From positions 7,709-39,708 of the forward strand of contig NZ_FUWK01000028.1 in assembly GCF_900167395.1 (NCBI RefSeq): a stretch of 32,000 nucleotides of DNA, read 5' to 3'. The position numbers were made by a program, and so were the translations under genes. The notes under the pieces were generated by a model that saw only the letters and a program-made list of their open reading frames with translations, was not told the DNA's origin and ran no database searches. Of the stretch, positions 27,537-32,000 are shown one piece after another (positions within the stretch are counted from its first letter, which is position 1; each line of letters opens with the position of its first letter). Source of the DNA: Nitrosomonas europaea. GTDB taxonomy: Bacteria > Pseudomonadota > Gammaproteobacteria > Burkholderiales > Nitrosomonadaceae.

Positions 27537-27812
27537 TCAGACAAGATGAGATGTACGACTTGCCAGCCATTTCTTAAGGGATGTTTGACTTTCGCCCGAA
27601 GGCCTGCCTGCTAATAATCCCTCTACGCTAATATCTTCGTCCAGATCTTCCCAGTGTATTCCATATCCTTTCCCAATCAAACGCCAATTGTTTTGTTCTG
27701 ATTGAGACGCATAAGTCAGTCGGGGATACCACGCCAGCGGGACAGAGATCGTTCACCCATCGCTCAAGTCAACACTCAAGGTATCCTCGGTGATCATAAC
27801 GTTTTCAGCCAT
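27537..27812 (-). pseudogene. DUF2442-family gene interrupted by an in-frame TGA
   Basis: My own minus-strand translation is MAENVMITEDTLSVDLSDG*TISVPLAWYPRLTYASQSEQNNWRLIGKGYGIHWEDLDEDISVEGLLAGRPSGESQTSLKKWL.... The family pattern is ...DGR-x-I-x-VPL-x-W-x-PRL...G-x-GIHW-x-LDEDISVEGLL. The TGA at 27753-27755 sits where the conserved Arg (CGA) is expected. Confidence 0.7.
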
Positions 27813-27825
27813 TGGGACTTCAATT

Positions 27826-28096
27826 TCAATCGTGGAAGTATGCATTCCAGGCCTCTCTTAACTGTATTTGATATTCGTCCACAACTTTCTGAATACGGAT
27901 AATCTCTTTTCGAGAAAAACCACTACTGACCTGGTCAAGTAAAACCGGACAACCCGGTTAAGCGACCTTTTTCAATTTTTCCATTTATTTCTGCCCCATA
28001 TTGGTTTAGATTTTTGTAGCCCAAGTATGAATGCAGTCGATGGCTGTTATCAAATATGGAAATATACTGCAGTACATCTTGCTGTGCTGCATAGGG
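27826..28096 (-). pseudogene. Degenerate DUF4160-like remnant (no start codon, at least one frameshift)
   Basis: Two minus-strand frames read ...LQYISIFDNSHRLHSYLGYKNLNQYGAEINGKIEKGRLTGLSGFT* and then LDQVSSGFSRKEIIRIQKVVDEYQIQLREAWNAYFHD*. They loosely follow the DUF4160 layout (Y-F-x-D-x-x-H...H-x-x-Y...G-x-L...W). It lies directly upstream of the DUF2442 gene, the usual pairing. The similarity is weak and judged by eye only. Confidence 0.35.
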
Positions 28097-28384
28097 TCAG
28101 ATAGTGTCGCCAATGGATTTGCTCCTGTTCAATGCTGCTCCCTGAAGCAAATAATATTGTTCAGGAAGCAGCTGGTTTGCCTGCTTATTATGGGCAGCTG
28201 TTTTTTGATCTGCCAAGAATGTGAAGTGCGTGCAACCTAACACAATAACATCACTGGCCATTGAGACCGCTGGAGCGAGATACTGATTGAGCATTGCCTG
28301 ATGCGGAAGCAATGCACGGGCGGCACGGTAGGCAGCCAGTCCGCTAACCCCTGAATCGAAAATTCCTACAAAGCCTGACTGCAT
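28097..28384 (-). pseudogene. Glutamate/aspartate racemase-like fragment (internally deleted remnant)
   Basis: The 95-aa ORF joins an N-terminal racemase motif (VGIFDSGVSGLAAYRAARALLP) almost directly to the second catalytic-Cys motif (VIVLGCTHFTFL). Full-length MurI-type enzymes are about 270 aa, so roughly 150 aa are missing. Confidence 0.45.
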
Positions 28385-28500
28385 GAAGATGTAACAAATT
28401 AATCTGACCCGGTATAGCTAGCCTGAATTAAGCTGTACCAGCTTATGGGCGTCGTTTGGATGAATCGTCAGGTGACATGGTTTAGCTGGAAGTATTGATT

Positions 28501-29472
28501 TTACATATCCAGCGGGCTTCTGACACCCCGCCCGCCTTTATTGAGAACATGGGTATAAATCATCGTTGTATGGACATCCTTATGACCGAGCAGCTCCTGG
28601 ATAGTGCGGATATCGTAGCCTGAATCGAGTAAATGGGTCGCAAACGAATGGCGTAAGGTATGCGGAGTAGCCAATTTGGTGATGCCACTGGTCTGCACTG
28701 CTTTTTTCATCGCCCGCTGCAATAGTTTCTCGTCTATATGATGTCGCCGCTCGACACTGCTGCGCGGATCGATCGAAAAACTTCCGGAAGGGAAAATATA
28801 TTGCCATATCCAGTCTGTTGCTGCGTTGGGATATTTGCGTTCCAACGCGTCCGGCAAATACACCGATGCCTTGCCTAAACGGATATCGTCATCGAACAAG
28901 ACCCGGCGCTGAAGTAAATACGTCTGTAAAGGACTCACTAACGACTCCGGCAGTATCGTGACTCGATCCTTGGCCCCTTTGCCGTCGCGGATCAAGATCT
29001 CGCCACGTTCAAAATCCACATCCTTCACTCTGAGACGCACACACTCCATCAAACGCATCCCCGTGCCGTATAGAAGATTCGCCATCAAACCATAGGTTCC
29101 ACTCATCCGGACCAAAATGGCCTGCACTTCGGTGCGCGTCAGAACAACAGGTAACCGTTGCGGCTGCTTGGCGCGTACGACCTTATCCAGCCAGGGCAAG
29201 TCAATCGACAGCACCTCTTTATACAAAAACAGCAAAGCCGACAACGCCTGGTTTTGGGTCGAAGCTGATACTTTACCAACCACTGCCAAATGCGTTAAAA
29301 ATGCCTCTACCTCTGCTGCACCCATTTCTTGTGGATGGCGCTTACCGTGGAATAGAATGAAACGCTTTATCCATTGCACATATTGGGTTTCGGTACGCAG
29401 GCTATAGTGTTTGATACGGATACGGTCACGAACCTGATCCAGGAGTTTTGGCGGTGTATTTGTATTTCCCAT
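28501..29472 (-). CDS. intI: Integron integrase IntI
   Basis: Tyrosine recombinase with the IntI-specific insertion. [54 protein letters not shown] parallels IntI1 [23 protein letters not shown]...DPRSGVVRRHH. The N-terminus [22 protein letters not shown] and the catalytic [12 protein letters not shown]...[14 protein letters not shown] are also present. Confidence 0.95.
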   Translation of the reverse strand: MGNTNTPPKLLDQVRDRIRIKHYSLRTETQYVQWIKRFILFHGKRHPQEMGAAEVEAFLTHLAVVGKVSASTQNQALSALLFLYKEVLSIDLPWLDKVVRAKQPQRLPVVLTRTEVQAILVRMSGTYGLMANLLYGTGMRLMECVRLRVKDVDFERGEILIRDGKGAKDRVTILPESLVSPLQTYLLQRRVLFDDDIRLGKASVYLPDALERKYPNAATDWIWQYIFPSGSFSIDPRSSVERRHHIDEKLLQRAMKKAVQTSGITKLATPHTLRHSFATHLLDSGYDIRTIQELLGHKDVHTTMIYTHVLNKGGRGVRSPLDM

Positions 29473-29478
29473 AAAAAG

Positions 29479-29507
29479 TTGATACAGATTAATAGGCGTG
29501 ATAGATT
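29479..29507 (+). promoter_or_regulatory. Candidate cassette promoter (Pc-like): TTGATA-N17-TAGATT with TG extended -10
   Basis: -35 TTGATA at 29479-29484, a 17-nt spacer, TG at 29499-29500, and -10 TAGATT at 29502-29507. It is oriented toward attI and the cassette. Predicted from consensus only. Confidence 0.4.
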
Positions 29508-29532
29508 CTCAAGAATCTGATCATTTTATGAG

Positions 29533-29567
29533 TTATACACCTATGATCAAAGTTTATTATACACCTA
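29533..29567 (+). repeat. Two perfect 11-bp direct repeats TTATACACCTA spaced 24 nt start-to-start, inside the attI region
   Basis: Copies at 29533-29543 and 29557-29567, read directly. Their position just upstream of the GTTAGGC core is analogous to the DR1/DR2 accessory integrase-binding sites of attI1. Confidence 0.6.
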
Positions 29568-29574
29568 GAAAGGT

Positions 29575-29592
29575 GCCTACTTAACGTTAGGC
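29575..29592 (+). other. attI simple site with recombination core GTTAGGC (crossover expected between G29586 and T29587)
   Basis: GCCTACTTAACGTTAGGC. The right half GTTAGGC (29586-29592) fits GTTRRRY. The left half GCCTAC is an imperfect inverted copy. It lies 114 nt from the intI start and 21 nt before the first cassette ORF. Confidence 0.6.
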
Positions 29593-29612
29593 TTACAGAG
29601 TCAGGAGCAGAT

Positions 29613-29984
29613 ATGAGCGAGCAAATTTTTTTCGAACACGACGGTGTTCGCGTCTCTAGCGCACGCTTTGTTGTCAAGGGAGCCACATATCCTATAAGTG
29701 CAATCACATCCGTTCGAGCAGTCAGATCAAAAACTTTTCCTTTGTTGGCTATCGTCTTGATACTAATTGGATTTGGCATTCTTCTTGGTGGTGAGCCGAC
29801 GTTGCTGATTTTTGGTCTTGCTACTATTGCGCTTGGGGTTGTGTGGATAATAAAGAAAAAAGAACTCTATTCTGTTGTGCTACAAACATCGTCAGGTGAA
29901 TCTCAGGTTCTAGAGAGCCAAGATAGGCAATATATTCACTCGGTTGTCGATGCATTAAATAATTCCATCGTCCAGCGCGGCTAA
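29613..29984 (+). CDS. First integron cassette ORF: small two-TM membrane protein of unknown function
   Basis: AGGAG lies 6 nt before the ATG. 123 aa. The N-terminal soluble segment (FFEHDGVRVSSARFVVKGATYPISAITSVRAV) is followed by two hydrophobic helices and a ~45-aa tail. The stop TAA is immediately followed by the attC inverse core. Confidence 0.7.
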   Translation: MSEQIFFEHDGVRVSSARFVVKGATYPISAITSVRAVRSKTFPLLAIVLILIGFGILLGGEPTLLIFGLATIALGVVWIIKKKELYSVVLQTSSGESQVLESQDRQYIHSVVDALNNSIVQRG

Positions 29985-29989
29985 GCCTA

Positions 29990-30058
29990 ATCGGGTAGCT
30001 GGGAGCTTTTAACTCCCAGCCCCCACACCACCCACCGTGCGGGTCCGCAGTAGGCGGT
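29990..30058 (-). ncRNA. Intron ribozyme domains V and VI (3' end of the group II intron)
   Basis: Domain V candidate at 30058-30027. It has a 9-bp lower helix containing a CGC triad with a G-U wobble, a 2-nt bulge (CG) on the 3' strand, and a short upper helix. Domain VI candidate at 30024-29993 is GGGG-GCTGGGAG/CTCCCAGC-T(A)CCC. The single bulged A (29996) lies 7 nt from the 3' end. Folded by hand. Confidence 0.55.
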
Positions 30059-30090
30059 TCAACGAGCGTGCTCGTGTGACGACGACGCCT

Positions 30091-31404
30091 TCAACCCTTG
30101 TCCGGCCCGTAGCTCTGTGCTTTGCACCACAGGTCTTTGATGCTGAGCAGTCCCTGTGCCCTGAGCCAGTCGTTGGACATGGCCTGTTGGGTCACCGGAG
30201 TTCTGGCCATGCGCCAATAGCTCAGGCTGCTCACGCCGTGTTGGATGGCAGCCTTCAGCGGTATGCCCAAGTCCAGCAGGTGCCGGATCTTAGTGCGCGC
30301 CCAGCGCCACTGTTTCCAGTAGCACATACGCACCCGACGTCGGATCCATTCGTCCAGTTCCGGGATCGGCCGGTAGTACTGGCTGATCCCGTAGTACCCG
30401 AACCATCCCCGCAGATACTGACCGAGCTTTTCCAGCCGGTACTCCATGCTGACGCCCCAACTTCTGCCGGTGAGTTGCCGCACCCGATGCTTGAAATTCG
30501 CCAGGGATTTCTCTGTCCAGCGGATCTTCTTGCCCACAAGAGTGAAGCCTAGAAAGCTGCATTCACTCATCGGTGCGACTTGGCTCTTGGCCAGGTTCAC
30601 GGTGAGCTTGAGGGTGGATTGCAGGAAGTACGTGAGGCTTTGCATCACCCGCTCGGCCGCGCGTCGGGACTTGACCAGGATGATCACATCGTCGGCGTAG
30701 CGGGCGAAGCGGTGTCCGCGGCGTTCCAGTTCGAGATCGAACTGGTGCAGCAGGACGTTGGCCAACAGCGGCGAGAGCGGCCCGCCTTGCGGCGTGCCCA
30801 CCTCGCTGGGTTGGGGGTGCTCCCCGACCAGCACCCCGGCGCGCAGGTAGCGCCCGATCAGGGCCAGCAGTCGCTTGTCGGCGATGCTTCGACTCAGCAG
30901 GCTCATCAACAGGTCATGGTTGACGTTGTCGAAGAACCTGGCCAAGTCCAGATCTACCGCCCAACGGTAGCCGGCCTTCACGTGCGCCTGCACCTGGCGG
31001 ATCGCCTGGTGTGCATTGCGGCCCGGTCGGAAGCCGAAGCTCGATGCCGAAAAGCCCGGATCGAAGATCGGTATGAGCACCTGGGCGATGGCCTGCTGGA
31101 TGACCCGGTCCGTGACGGTCGGGATGCCCAGTTGCCGTTGGCCGCCATCGGGCTTGGGGATATCCACCCGTCGCACCGGTTGCGGCCGATATCGCCCGGC
31201 CTCGATCTGCTCGCGCGTGGCTGGCCAGTGTGCGCGGGCGTGTTCGGGCCATTCCGCCGTGGTCACGCCGTCGATACCCGGCGCCCCCCTATTGGATTTG
31301 ACCCTGCGCCACGCCCGCGCCAGGTTGTCTCTGGCCAGCACGGCCTCGAGCAGGTCTTGGCCGTCTTGGTTATGGTCGTCGTCTTGGTTCAAGGCTCGGT
31401 GCAT
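30091..31404 (-). CDS. Group II intron reverse transcriptase/maturase (no endonuclease domain)
   Basis: RT motifs 0-7 are present: RVKSNRGAPGIDGVT, IPKPDGGQRQLGIPTVTDRVIQQA, DLDLARFFDNVNHDLL, GTPQGGPLSPLLANVLL and ARYADDVIILV (YADD). The maturase X domain reads LGFTLVGKKIRWTEKS...LRGWFGYYG. 437 aa, with no C-terminal HNH, as in class C introns. Confidence 0.93.
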   Translation of the reverse strand: MHRALNQDDDHNQDGQDLLEAVLARDNLARAWRRVKSNRGAPGIDGVTTAEWPEHARAHWPATREQIEAGRYRPQPVRRVDIPKPDGGQRQLGIPTVTDRVIQQAIAQVLIPIFDPGFSASSFGFRPGRNAHQAIRQVQAHVKAGYRWAVDLDLARFFDNVNHDLLMSLLSRSIADKRLLALIGRYLRAGVLVGEHPQPSEVGTPQGGPLSPLLANVLLHQFDLELERRGHRFARYADDVIILVKSRRAAERVMQSLTYFLQSTLKLTVNLAKSQVAPMSECSFLGFTLVGKKIRWTEKSLANFKHRVRQLTGRSWGVSMEYRLEKLGQYLRGWFGYYGISQYYRPIPELDEWIRRRVRMCYWKQWRWARTKIRHLLDLGIPLKAAIQHGVSSLSYWRMARTPVTQQAMSNDWLRAQGLLSIKDLWCKAQSYGPDKG

Positions 31405-32000
31405 GCCGACCGCCGCCGTGCCTGGCCCATGCGGGCTTCATCGGTTTGGTCGAGTTCGGTCACGTCTGCTCCTTAGTATCTCGTTGTTCAGCCCTTCGGC
31501 AGCCCGACACCTGGCTGCCTACTATGGCTTCTGCTGACTTCTGCACCGTCACGCCCACCGTTGCCAGTGGACGCGCTGCCCGTCTGATCGTGCGTCGCTG
31601 CCGGTTTCTTCGCTCGTGGCGGGCAGCTCGCCACGGCTCCTGGTCCTTGGTTGCCCGGTGGGACCGGCCGGGTCATCGTCACGATCAGGCTGGCCGCCGT
31701 CAGCACAGACCTCCCCAGGTAAGAACGCGAACTGTCGGTGCACAAGCGCCGCATTTACCGTGGCCGGCGTACCGTTGGGCTTCGCTGTCATGTGCCAGCT
31801 CGCCTCGCCTGCCTCGGCCTTCTATGCGGTTTCTGTCCGTCGCCTCGCACCTCTTGCACTCCGGCTTCCTCCAGACAATCCCTCACGGGCTTGCCCTTGC
31901 CTTCGGCTCGTGGTTATACTCGGTTCACAATGAATCCAAGTCGGTACTCCCACAGGGGACTTGCACCCCATAAGTTCGCGCCCATGCTGGGCGCACACAA

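Larger units (their letters stand above)
29990..31996 (-). mobile_element. Bacterial class C (IIC, attC-targeting type) group II intron, apparently full length (~2.0 kb)
   Basis: The minus strand starts GTGCGCCCAGCATGGGCGC... at 31996 (GUGCG 5' consensus). An RT/maturase ORF sits in domain IV. Domain V and VI-like hairpins lie downstream of the ORF, and the intron ends ...CCCGAT (AY) at 29990. Flanking exons TTGT|TAGGC rejoin to give the complement of GCCTAACAA. Confidence 0.85.
28501..32000. mobile_element. Chromosomal integron: intI, attI and the start of the cassette array, which continues beyond the window
   Basis: An integron-type integrase lies divergent from a GTTAGGC core site. A promoterless small ORF follows, and its stop is immediately followed by an inverse-core-like GCCTAA. 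See the individual features. Confidence 0.85.

Noticed and set aside
29489-29779. 96-aa minus-strand ORF spanning attI and the start of the first cassette
   Set aside because: It crosses the attI recombination site and runs antisense to the SD-preceded cassette ORF. It has no motif support.
29998-30020. Perfect 8-bp hairpin after the cassette ORF, first read as the attC stem or a transcription terminator
   Set aside because: It is better explained as domain VI of the minus-strand group II intron. That reading gives a bulged A 7 nt from the 3' splice site and domain V immediately upstream.
30037-31973. Long plus-strand ORFs inside the intron (30037-30552 at 171 aa, 30580-31476 at 298 aa, 31016-31537 at 173 aa, 31446-31973 at 175 aa)
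   Set aside because: They are antisense to the RT/maturase gene or lie in the ribozyme domain I-III region. Very high GC suppresses stop codons there. The translations are Arg/Pro/Ala/Gly-rich with no domains.
1-32000. CRISPR arrays, tRNA/rRNA genes and long tandem repeats
   Set aside because: Scanning the non-coding stretches by eye, I saw no regularly spaced direct repeats, no cloverleaf-like tRNA sequences and no rRNA-like segments. This is a visual scan, not a computation.

Overview
This looks like a chromosomal window from a betaproteobacterium. Nitrosomonas-like is only a guess from gene content and cannot be checked here.

Left to right:
- The 3' end of lpxK runs in frame, with no stop codon, into a Trm112/YcaR-type zinc-ribbon ORF.
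- A convergent TonB-dependent receptor carries an STN signalling domain.
- An AddA-like helicase-nuclease (3325-6792, -) and its AddB-like partner (17257-19986, -) are separated by about 10 kb.
- The intervening block (7075-17127, -) holds eleven ORFs, with overlapping or near-abutting junctions within each half. They encode a WecE aminotransferase, a sugar N-formyltransferase, two SAM methyltransferases, an ArnC/GtrB-like polyprenyl-phosphate glycosyltransferase, a GtrA-like protein, WbqC and two large polytopic GT-C-like membrane proteins. A vapBC toxin-antitoxin pair is embedded among them.
- Housekeeping genes follow: a secreted hypothetical protein, holB, tmk, ampD, a permease-less PTS (EIIA-HPr-EI) and metX-metW.
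- A short stretch of decayed genes comes next: DUF2442 with an in-frame TGA, a DUF4160-like remnant and a glutamate-racemase-like fragment.
- The window ends in a chromosomal integron. It has intI (28501-29472, -), an attI with a GTTAGGC core, a candidate cassette promoter and a first cassette (ORF 29613-29984, +).
- That cassette's attC inverse core is split by a class C (attC-targeting) group II intron on the opposite strand (29990-31996). The intron encodes a 437-aa RT/maturase.

The two regions most worth follow-up are the Arn/Gtr-like sugar-modification block inserted inside the addB/addA pair and the intron-interrupted integron. I saw no rRNA, tRNA or CRISPR array.
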